Shown here: in pieces, positions 29,234-36,741 of the stretch
Position numbering within the stretch: the stretch's first letter is position 1
Layout: each line of letters starts with the position of its first letter
IMG/VR virus record: IMGVR_UViG_3300032240_000687
Location: 1-39,335 of that record
Length of the DNA stretch: 39,335 nucleotides
Origin: a virus
Taxonomy: Duplodnaviria; Caudoviricetes
Strand: one strand, 5' to 3'
Program-made: the position numbers and the translations under genes
The notes under the pieces: generated by a model
Told to the model about the DNA's origin: nothing
Databases searched by the model: none
The model's input: the letters and a program-made list of their open reading frames with translations, nothing else

Positions 29234-30740
29234 AATTAAATCTGTAGATAGTATGATAATAGTTGGAGGCGGGACTAGTGCTTGGCTATGTGCGGCATAT
29301 ATGTCGCACAATCACCCTCATTTAAATATTACTATTGTAGATAAAGAAGTGGGAACTCCTGTAGGTGTAGGTGAAGGAACGCTTTTAAGTTTTGATAAAG
29401 TTATGGCCAATTGTGGTTTTGCGATCCAGGACTGGTTTCCTAAAATTGATGCGGCCGCAAAAGCTGGTATATTATTTCCAGGCTGGGGTAAAGATAATTC
29501 CGCAGTATGGCATCCTTTCAAATTTCAAGGATTAGCACAATTGAATATGTCATTATTAGATTGTTGGGCATCACATCAAGAACTTGATTTTAAAAAATAT
29601 GGATTAACATTTTATGAAAATGCTGTTGAAAAAAACCTAGTAGATATTACAGAACTAGGCGCACATGCGTTTCATATCGATGCTGGTAAGTTAGTAACTT
29701 ATATACAAGAAAAATTAAAAGATAGACGTAAAGTAACCGTTATTAGATCCGATGTTATCGAAGTATTGCGTGACAGTGACACACACGAAGTTATCAAACT
29801 GATTTTAAAAGACGGGCAGGAATTATCGGCAGATTTGTACGTGGATTGTACAGGATTCAAAGCCATACTGGATCACGAACCTGACAGAGTTGACCTATCA
29901 GGCAGATTATTTTGTGATACTGCCATCGCGGCCCATGTGCCGTACGAAGATATTGATACAGAACTGCGCCCGTATGTCATAAGTGAACAAGTAGAACACG
30001 GTTGGGTATGGAATATCCCAGTACAAACACGCATAGGTTCTGGATTAGTTTTTAATCGCACACAAACTAGCATAGAAGAAGCCAAAGATTTCTTTGTTAA
30101 CTACTGGGATAATCGCATTAGCAAAGATAACCTAAAAGTAATTGATTGGACTCCATTTTATAAAAACAATATATGGAACAAGAATGTGATATCTATCGGA
30201 CTTAGCGCAGGTTTCATAGAGCCGTTAGAAAGCACAGGAGTAGCATTAATTATTGTAGGAATAGAACAATTATCATTTGCAATAGACAGCAGATCGTATA
30301 CTAGTACACATGCAGATTGCTATAATCTTATAATGAAAGGATACTTTGAAGACAGTATCGATTTTGTTAGTATGCACTATGCTAATCCAACTCGCAAGGG
30401 TAAATTATGGGATTGGGTACGTGCCACTTTCGTAAAATCACAAAGACAAATCCATTACGAAAAAGAAATGCTACGTGATAATACAGTTCTTCCTATTAAG
30501 GGTTACGGTTATATGTTTTGTGGTAGCAATTGGTTCTGCTGGCTAATCCAAATGGGATACTCACTTAGCGAATCGCTTTCTGGACTGACTAAAGAACAAA
30601 CTCGTAACGAATTAACGAGATTCTACAATTACGAAACTAGCAAGCATACTAGATCAATGTCGCACAGGGAATATATTACAGCGATGATTACTGGCAAATC
30701 CAATTTTATTCCAAAACCATACAAACATGATTACTTTTAA
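29226..30740 (+). CDS. Flavin-dependent halogenase, tryptophan halogenase (PrnA/RebH-like) family
   Basis: GGGTSAW FAD loop, VGEGT, Lys in 'AAAKAGILF' at the position of the PrnA catalytic Lys, DCTGF, WVWNIP (WxWxIP), FIEPLESTG. Confidence 0.9.
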   Translation: MIKIKSVDSMIIVGGGTSAWLCAAYMSHNHPHLNITIVDKEVGTPVGVGEGTLLSFDKVMANCGFAIQDWFPKIDAAAKAGILFPGWGKDNSAVWHPFKFQGLAQLNMSLLDCWASHQELDFKKYGLTFYENAVEKNLVDITELGAHAFHIDAGKLVTYIQEKLKDRRKVTVIRSDVIEVLRDSDTHEVIKLILKDGQELSADLYVDCTGFKAILDHEPDRVDLSGRLFCDTAIAAHVPYEDIDTELRPYVISEQVEHGWVWNIPVQTRIGSGLVFNRTQTSIEEAKDFFVNYWDNRISKDNLKVIDWTPFYKNNIWNKNVISIGLSAGFIEPLESTGVALIIVGIEQLSFAIDSRSYTSTHADCYNLIMKGYFEDSIDFVSMHYANPTRKGKLWDWVRATFVKSQRQIHYEKEMLRDNTVLPIKGYGYMFCGSNWFCWLIQMGYSLSESLSGLTKEQTRNELTRFYNYETSKHTRSMSHREYITAMITGKSNFIPKPYKHDYF

Positions 30741-31425
30741 AACATTGCAAGACGAAATAGATTTCTTTAGCCCTAGCGAAGAAATTAAAGTGCAAGTGCA
30801 ACAAGTAGGCGGGGAAAAAATTATTATAATTGATAATTTTTATAAAAATCCTGATCAGGTACGTGCATTAGCATTACAAATACCTTCTACTCGTTCGCCA
30901 ACATTAATGCATGCCTTGCCGGGTTCAAGAGTAGAAGGAACTTTCTACTTTGGGCATTTTGCAGAGTTCATTCCAGAAATTATTGCTAATGTATTTGCAG
31001 AAGATACAAAAATTGACCGTGATATAATATCAAGTTGTTTAAATCATGCTACATTTTTAGTAAATGTGCAAACTAGTAAAGAAGCATTAAGCGCGGCCCG
31101 AGCGCCTCACGTAGATAATTTAGAAAATGGCCGATATGCCATGGGCATTTATTTAAATACTCCTGAAGAATGTACAGGCGGTACTGCATTTTTTAAATTT
31201 AAAGGTGAACAAAGTTTAGATTTAGTAAACAGTGTAGATCCTGATTTGCGCGGCTACGATTTTTATGTACAAGAATCAGATGCAAACTGGGAAAAACTTT
31301 ACACAGCTGAAATGAAATTTAATCGTTTGGTAATTTACAAACAAAATATTTTACATACGCCATATATTCCTAAAGATTCTTTTACAGAAGAAAATCCTAG
31401 ATTAATACAAATGTTCTTTTTATGA
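30727..31425 (+). CDS. 2OG-Fe(II) oxygenase-fold protein (DUF6445-like)
   Basis: IDNFYKNPD, PHVD (HxD), IYLN...GGTAF, FNRLVIY...H, RLIQMFF. Confidence 0.8.
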   Translation: MITFKTLQDEIDFFSPSEEIKVQVQQVGGEKIIIIDNFYKNPDQVRALALQIPSTRSPTLMHALPGSRVEGTFYFGHFAEFIPEIIANVFAEDTKIDRDIISSCLNHATFLVNVQTSKEALSAARAPHVDNLENGRYAMGIYLNTPEECTGGTAFFKFKGEQSLDLVNSVDPDLRGYDFYVQESDANWEKLYTAEMKFNRLVIYKQNILHTPYIPKDSFTEENPRLIQMFFL

Positions 31426-31913
31426 TTATTAATACTATTATTGTAGACGATTTCTTAGACAATCCAGATTTAGTTAGAAAATCTGTGCTTGAGTTGCCAT
31501 TTGAAGCTACTGGGCCGTACCCAGGATTAAGAAGTGATCGTGCAGACGAAGAATATGAAGCGTATATAACAGCTAAATTTGAAAAAATCTTAAATTGTAA
31601 GATAAAAGAATTTGTACAAGACAGTTTTCGTTTTCAACTATGTGTAGAAAATGTTGAAACATGGGTACACAAAGATGAAACTGCATGGGCGGCTGTGTTA
31701 TACCTTACACCTAATGCTCCGTATTCAGCTGGTACCGGTATATATGAGGACGGACCTGGTAATTATGACCTGGTAACTGCCATAGGAAATGTTTACAATC
31801 GTGTAGTAATTTATAGAGGTACACTTTTTCATAGAAGTATGCAAGCAGGATTTGGTAAAGATAAAGAAACCGGAAGACTTACACAAGTTTTCTTTTTTAA
31901 TACGGAAGATTAA
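31422..31913 (+). CDS. 2OG-Fe(II) oxygenase-fold protein (short DUF6445-like)
   Basis: VDDFLDNPD, YPGLRS, VHKD (HxD), YNRVVIY...FHRS, GRLTQVFFF; ATGA overlap with the preceding gene. Confidence 0.8.
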   Translation: MIINTIIVDDFLDNPDLVRKSVLELPFEATGPYPGLRSDRADEEYEAYITAKFEKILNCKIKEFVQDSFRFQLCVENVETWVHKDETAWAAVLYLTPNAPYSAGTGIYEDGPGNYDLVTAIGNVYNRVVIYRGTLFHRSMQAGFGKDKETGRLTQVFFFNTED

Positions 31914-31914
31914 T

Positions 31915-32736
31915 ATGGGTAGAAAGTTATTTGTTGGGTGCAGTCACACTATGGGATATATCGATCCCGAAGAGCGTTCTGAGCTCGGGCATTTCCACAT
32001 ATGGCAAAGTAATAACTATGCTGAAGAATATGCAAAACAAAATAATGAAAAAACAGTTATCTATGCTAGCAGTGGGTGCGGCAATAGGGAATATGTTAAT
32101 TTTGTTGCTGATGCATTTCAAAAATACGATGATATAGACGAAGTATTTGTGCAATCTACATACTGGGGAAGGTTTCCTTTAATTATAAATCCTGAACTAG
32201 ACGAAAAAGAAATATTTCCGTTAGATTTTTTCTACGATAAAAACAAATGCGATGATTTGATTGACCGATATAGCATTGGCATGGTTAAAGCAGACCGATA
32301 TTTAATGGCCTACTCTAAAGCTAGGCCAATTGATTACGAGCGTAACCCGTATATACTTAATTCAGGTCCTAATAATCAACCAAGTTTAAATCATTCGTCT
32401 TATATGTACATTCAGCTATGGCATTATTGTCAAACACCGCTAGCTCAACAAGATTATTTTAAAGATGTGTTTATGTTAGATGCACTATGTACAAAAAATA
32501 AAGCAAAAATGCACCTTTGGAATATTAATGACAGGTGTTTTATACCTGCACAAACAAACAATTTTTATTCAGAACTGCAATCGACTACTATTACAAATAT
32601 CGATGCTATAAATTTTCTTAAAAACTTTAGCAATAAAGATCTAGAAAAAGAAAAAGTAGACTCTGAGCACTATAACAAATATGTACATGAGTTAATCGCT
32701 AAACATTATATTCCATATTTGCGGGATTTAAAATGA
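31915..32736 (+). CDS. SGNH-like hydrolase (273 aa; start ATG31915 preferred)
   Basis: 'LFVGCSHT' block I, 'GCGN' block II, C-terminal 'DSEHY' DxxH; ATG lies 1 nt after the upstream stop. Confidence 0.65.
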   Translation: MGRKLFVGCSHTMGYIDPEERSELGHFHIWQSNNYAEEYAKQNNEKTVIYASSGCGNREYVNFVADAFQKYDDIDEVFVQSTYWGRFPLIINPELDEKEIFPLDFFYDKNKCDDLIDRYSIGMVKADRYLMAYSKARPIDYERNPYILNSGPNNQPSLNHSSYMYIQLWHYCQTPLAQQDYFKDVFMLDALCTKNKAKMHLWNINDRCFIPAQTNNFYSELQSTTITNIDAINFLKNFSNKDLEKEKVDSEHYNKYVHELIAKHYIPYLRDLK

Positions 32737-33332
32737 ATATAGACAAATTTAGAGTTCCAAAAAATCCCCTAATTAGAAGTAAATGTGTTATTGGGCTTGG
32801 ACGTGACGGCGTAATTAATCAAATAGTAGAACCCGCAGTAACACGCCCTGCACAATTTGATCCTATTCCCGGTAGCGTAGAAGCAGTGGCTAAACTACGT
32901 CATATGGGCTATAAGATTGTAGTATTAACTAATCAAAGCGGTATTGATAGAGGACATATGACCATTCAAGATGTTGAAAATATACATCAGCACATGCTTG
33001 ATTTGTTTGGCAAAGCTGGATGCCCTAGCATAGATGGAATTTATTATGCTAGCGGGGCAGTTAAACAAGATCCATTTGTCAAACCCAATGTTGGAATGTT
33101 TAAAAGATGTGAAGAATACGATAAAGCTATTAAATTCAATGAAGGGTTTTACGTGGGAGACACTATTGCCGATTTAAAAGCGGCTGTTAAAATAGGTGCT
33201 CGCCCGGTGCTAGTGCGTACGGGCCACGGCGCCGAGACTGAAAAAGAGCTAAATAAATATGCGTACAAGGATATCAAGGAAAGAACTTATATCTTTGACG
33301 ATTTAGCTGATTTTACAGCTAACTTAGAATAG
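32733..33332 (+). CDS. gmhB: GmhB-like HAD-IIIA phosphatase (heptose-1,7-bisphosphate phosphatase family), first catalytic Asp replaced by Gly
   Basis: GRDGVIN (canonical DRDGVIN), TNQSGI.RG, KPNVGM, VGD...DL.AA, LVRTGHG. Confidence 0.8.
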   Translation: MNIDKFRVPKNPLIRSKCVIGLGRDGVINQIVEPAVTRPAQFDPIPGSVEAVAKLRHMGYKIVVLTNQSGIDRGHMTIQDVENIHQHMLDLFGKAGCPSIDGIYYASGAVKQDPFVKPNVGMFKRCEEYDKAIKFNEGFYVGDTIADLKAAVKIGARPVLVRTGHGAETEKELNKYAYKDIKERTYIFDDLADFTANLE

Positions 33333-33347
33333 TAACAGGAGATAAAC

Positions 33348-33596
33348 ATGCCATTTGCTTTAAAACGTCCAACAGCGAATCCTAAAGTTAAGGAATGGAA
33401 ACATCACGATCCAGATGGTGACGGCTACGTTGAGATTATCAAGTATAAGACTCGCGAAATTGCTGAAAAAGCGGCCGCAAGATGGGGTTCACCGCACGGT
33501 GGATCTGTAGAGGTACTTGAAGTGCCTTGGTCACCAACATTAGATATTGATTATCCAGATTATGACGAGCATTATACGCATCCGTCAGAAAATTAA
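33348..33596 (+). CDS. Hypothetical protein (82 aa, acidic C-terminus)
   Basis: Strong SD AGGAG; followed directly by a terminator. Confidence 0.7.
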   Translation: MPFALKRPTANPKVKEWKHHDPDGDGYVEIIKYKTREIAEKAAARWGSPHGGSVEVLEVPWSPTLDIDYPDYDEHYTHPSEN

Positions 33597-33610
33597 TTCT
33601 TACACTTTTT

Positions 33611-33639
33611 AAAAATCGCTCTTCGGGGCGATTTTTTTT
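33611..33639 (+). terminator. Rho-independent terminator with C(UUCG)G tetraloop
   Basis: AAAAATCGCTC-TTCG-GGGCGA followed by a run of 8 T. Confidence 0.92.
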
Positions 33640-33657
33640 GACCATGTTCAAAATAGT

Positions 33658-33665
33658 GATATATA
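33658..33665 (+). promoter_or_regulatory. Variant late promoter GATATATA, 4 nt before ATG33670 (leaderless?)
   Basis: Only promoter-like word between the terminator and the start; no SD; same 4-nt spacing as the gp14 promoter. Confidence 0.45.
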
Positions 33666-33669
33666 CAAC

Positions 33670-34290
33670 ATGGCATATTTCCAACAACAAACAATTAGTG
33701 ACTGGGCTACGCATTTTTATGTGGGCCAAGTTGAAAATCACGAGGCTATCGCACAGGCAATGGCTCCTTATATAGCAGACGATAGCTATTTTACAGAACC
33801 TTGGATTTATTCAAAATGTAAATCTACATGTCAAAATCCTAAAAATAACGAATTACCGTGGGAAGTATTTTATGATGCAGTCCGTCCAAATATAAAATCT
33901 TATTTCGATACGTTACAACCTATGGGCGAATATCAAGTACGTAGCGGAGAAGTTTGGTTAAATGTATACGAACAATACGGATATCAAGAAATTCACGATC
34001 ATGCATTTCCTAACAGATCGTTCTCCTGTGCATATATGTTAGAATTACCTGACGAAAAAAATGCAGGCGGCGAACTAGTATTTGAAAATACTAATTTTCC
34101 TATCATACAATCATCAGGTCTTAATAGAATTTTTAATGCGTTTAATTATGAAAAATTTATTCCAGATATATCTAACGGAACTTTAATAGTATTTCCTAGT
34201 TGGATTAAACATTATGTATTACCTAATAAGAGTTCTAGACCTCGTATTACTATCAGTGCTAACTTTAGTGTTGAGGGAAACTACAAATAA
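33670..34290 (+). CDS. Putative 2OG-Fe(II) oxygenase (TIGR02466-like, HxH type)
   Basis: WLNVY...QEIHDH, GGELVF, LIVFPSWIKHYV.PN....RITISAN. Confidence 0.85.
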   Translation: MAYFQQQTISDWATHFYVGQVENHEAIAQAMAPYIADDSYFTEPWIYSKCKSTCQNPKNNELPWEVFYDAVRPNIKSYFDTLQPMGEYQVRSGEVWLNVYEQYGYQEIHDHAFPNRSFSCAYMLELPDEKNAGGELVFENTNFPIIQSSGLNRIFNAFNYEKFIPDISNGTLIVFPSWIKHYVLPNKSSRPRITISANFSVEGNYK

Positions 34291-34721
34291 TGTATCCTTG
34301 GATTGTTGAATTAAAAGAACATACAGGAAGCATTGGTCATTTAGATAAAACATTATTTGATCATTTATGGGCCACATATTCTATTTTAAAACAACATGGC
34401 AAACCTGAATACGTGTGTCTTGCAGGACTATTTCATTCAGTATATGAAACAGAATATTTTAAATTTGGTAATCCTTACACTAGGGAACAAGTAAAAGAAC
34501 TAATTGGTGCTCAAGCAGAAAATTTAGTATACGAGTTTTGTAACATTTCCCCTAGGACTACTAAATTAATTGAGCGTAATGGCGATTGGCCCGATCAAAC
34601 GTATGCCGATTTATTAGATATTGAATTTGTAAATGCTATTGAACAAGGATATTATAATGATAGTGTAAAAACTATCGAAGCAATCAGAAAACACTTAATA
34701 ATCAGAGACTTAAATGCATAA
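34290..34721 (+). CDS. DUF6817-like (HD-fold related) protein
   Basis: 'H..KTLFDHL..TY.IL......VCLAGLFHSVY.T..F' and 'LIG..AE.LVY.FC' pattern; TAATG coupling to the upstream gene. Confidence 0.7.
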   Translation: MYPWIVELKEHTGSIGHLDKTLFDHLWATYSILKQHGKPEYVCLAGLFHSVYETEYFKFGNPYTREQVKELIGAQAENLVYEFCNISPRTTKLIERNGDWPDQTYADLLDIEFVNAIEQGYYNDSVKTIEAIRKHLIIRDLNA

Positions 34722-35286
34722 ATTATTAACAAATCTTGTTCCAGAAAGTTATAGCGATATGCTATTACAAGAATTTTTAAACTTTAGTAACTGGAGTTTT
34801 ACTTCAAGTGCAAGTAATGTAGGAGAAAACTATGATAAGAATGATCCTAACATCCTAGATAGCATACAATTTGTTCACGGAGTGTTCAATCATAAAATAG
34901 ATAGTCCTCTATATCATACAGTATTGCCTGTTATTTGGTTTTTTGAAAAAGAAACAGGCATCAAAGTTAAAAGACTATTGCGTGTTAAAGTTAATTGCTT
35001 GACAAGAGATGGTTTTGAATTAAAATATAATCCTCCGCATGTAGATATTGTAGAACCGGGTTATCTAAGTTTAATATATTACATTAACGACAGCGACGGT
35101 GATACTATTCTATTTGATAAAACAATAGATCAAGGATTTAACAATTTAAAAGTAATAGAACGCATTACTCCGCGACAAGGTAGTGCATTTTTAATACCTA
35201 GTAATCAGCTACATGCAAGTTCTTGCCCAATACAAAACAATCAAAGGCTAGTTATTAACTTTATTTTAGAACCGGAGAAACAATAG
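34714..35286 (+). CDS. 2OG-Fe(II) oxygenase (cyanophage-type)
   Basis: RVKVN, PPHVD, SLIYYINDSDGDT, H.SS.P, RLVINF. Confidence 0.85.
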   Translation: MHKLLTNLVPESYSDMLLQEFLNFSNWSFTSSASNVGENYDKNDPNILDSIQFVHGVFNHKIDSPLYHTVLPVIWFFEKETGIKVKRLLRVKVNCLTRDGFELKYNPPHVDIVEPGYLSLIYYINDSDGDTILFDKTIDQGFNNLKVIERITPRQGSAFLIPSNQLHASSCPIQNNQRLVINFILEPEKQ

Positions 35287-35942
35287 TGTTAACATTACAA
35301 CGTAGCATGGCACCGCTAACTGAATTTTCTCCAACATGGAGTATACCATTCTGGTATGTAAAATATGATAATCCAGATGAAATAGATGTAATGCGTCAGT
35401 GGATAATCGACAATGAACAAGTCATCATTGAAAAATATGCAAATGAGCCCCGTAGAGGCGGTGATGGCGGCACTGGTCTAGGCATGGAAAGTCTAACGGC
35501 ACAATATTCAAAGTTTAATTTATTTGAAGAAGCTAAAGATGTAGTAGAATTTCAAAATCTTTTTAAATTTATGCGAGTTGAATATTCAAAATTTATGTTA
35601 GAACTTGGGACTATAGACCGAGCATGCAGTATCTATTCGTGGGCAAATGTAGTTCGCCCTGGACAAGACATTAAAAGACACAATCATGGCGGGTATCATT
35701 TTTCTTATCTAAGCGGAAATATGCATTTTGACGATTATAAGACAACTACAACCTACTATAATCCATTTGACATTGTACAGTATGACATGGAAAACGTTAA
35801 AGGCGGCATGACCTTCTTTCCTAGTTACATATTTCACAGTGTAAATAAACACGAAGAAGACGGCAAACGCATATCAATGGCGTTTGATATTTTTGACACA
35901 GCACATTTAAAAGGTGCTGATTTTAATTCTATTGAGTTTTAA
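35286..35942 (+). CDS. Putative 2OG-Fe(II) oxygenase (HxH type), GTG start
   Basis: WANVVRPG..IKRHNH, FFPSYIFHSV, RISMAFD; TAGTG overlap with the upstream gene. Confidence 0.8.
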   Translation: MLTLQRSMAPLTEFSPTWSIPFWYVKYDNPDEIDVMRQWIIDNEQVIIEKYANEPRRGGDGGTGLGMESLTAQYSKFNLFEEAKDVVEFQNLFKFMRVEYSKFMLELGTIDRACSIYSWANVVRPGQDIKRHNHGGYHFSYLSGNMHFDDYKTTTTYYNPFDIVQYDMENVKGGMTFFPSYIFHSVNKHEEDGKRISMAFDIFDTAHLKGADFNSIEF

Positions 35943-35944
35943 TT

Positions 35945-36295
35945 ATGGCTAATATACCTAATAAAATACCCGATAAAATGCGTTGCTCGCATGCATTATT
36001 CAGTTGGCACGGCGCAAGACTTTCAACACATACACGAGAATTAGCGTTTGCAGTGGCAGAAGCCAAAATGCTATTGGGAGAACTGCAAAGAGGAACTATG
36101 ACATGGACGCAAGTTGTCAAAGGTCACAGTGCTTGTATGGCAACACCGTTTGGTACAGGCGATATGGGTTGGTTTCAACAGCATGAGATAACTCCTGAAA
36201 TATGGGTAGCGTGTATGGTTACAAAAGTAGGTGAACTTGCGCCTGAACCTGTACACAGTCCGTACGGAATACATATTATTCTTAGAACAGGTTAA
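35945..36295 (+). CDS. Parvulin-type peptidyl-prolyl cis-trans isomerase
   Basis: RCSHAL, HSAC, GDMGWF, VGEL..PVHSPYGIHIILRTG. Confidence 0.85.
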   Translation: MANIPNKIPDKMRCSHALFSWHGARLSTHTRELAFAVAEAKMLLGELQRGTMTWTQVVKGHSACMATPFGTGDMGWFQQHEITPEIWVACMVTKVGELAPEPVHSPYGIHIILRTG

Positions 36296-36741
36296 ATTAG
36301 TTCTATAATATCAAAAACAGTTTGGAGTTTTGTGCGAATTGCACGATTAGTAAAGCTAGTTCGTAGCCCTTGATGTAGCGGCTTTGGTGCTTGATCCATA
36401 ACAGCCCATGCCCATGCGCTATGTTCGTCACTCAACACTGGAACAAACTCATCCTCAACTACACACAAGTATGTGTGAAAATGAAACACATGATCGTTAC
36501 TAACAAATGTTTCTAGTGGAAGTGTTTTTTTAATAGCGGGCACACTACCAATTTCTTCAGCAATTTCACGTTGTAAACCTTGCCAAGGATTTTCACCTTC
36601 TATAGTAGTACCGCCTACAAGTCCCCAAGTACCTTGATGTTTGCCGTAGGCTTTTTGTAATAGTAAAAATCTGTGAGTATTTCTAGCGTATATTAATGCG
36701 CCACTACAAACAATACGATCTCTTAAAGTACCAGTCTCCAT
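36292..36741 (-). CDS. Nudix hydrolase
   Basis: Complete Nudix box G-TTIEG-E-NPWQGLQ-REIAEEIG; 'P.LSDEH..W.W'. Confidence 0.92.
   Translation of the reverse strand: METGTLRDRIVCSGALIYARNTHRFLLLQKAYGKHQGTWGLVGGTTIEGENPWQGLQREIAEEIGSVPAIKKTLPLETFVSNDHVFHFHTYLCVVEDEFVPVLSDEHSAWAWAVMDQAPKPLHQGLRTSFTNRAIRTKLQTVFDIIELI

Noticed and set aside
31852-31914. Upstream start for the second SGNH-like gene
   Set aside because: It would overlap the preceding gene by 62 nt; ATG31915 follows the stop directly and places the GCS motif at its usual N-terminal position.
33250-33259. TAAATAAATA as a promoter for the 82-aa gene
   Set aside because: It lies inside the GmhB-like CDS (codons LNKY) and can arise by chance in AT-rich DNA; no independent support.
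25704-36295. DNA hypermodification cluster
   Set aside because: No TET/JBP, hydroxymethylase, nucleotide kinase or DNA glycosyltransferase motifs seen; late promoter and fibre context, plus restriction-site avoidance, argue against it. Not fully excluded.
35945-36295. Eukaryotic Pin1 acquired by the phage
   Set aside because: No WW domain or phosphate-binding basic triad, and Cys-type single-domain parvulins also exist in bacteria; origin cannot be inferred without a phylogeny.
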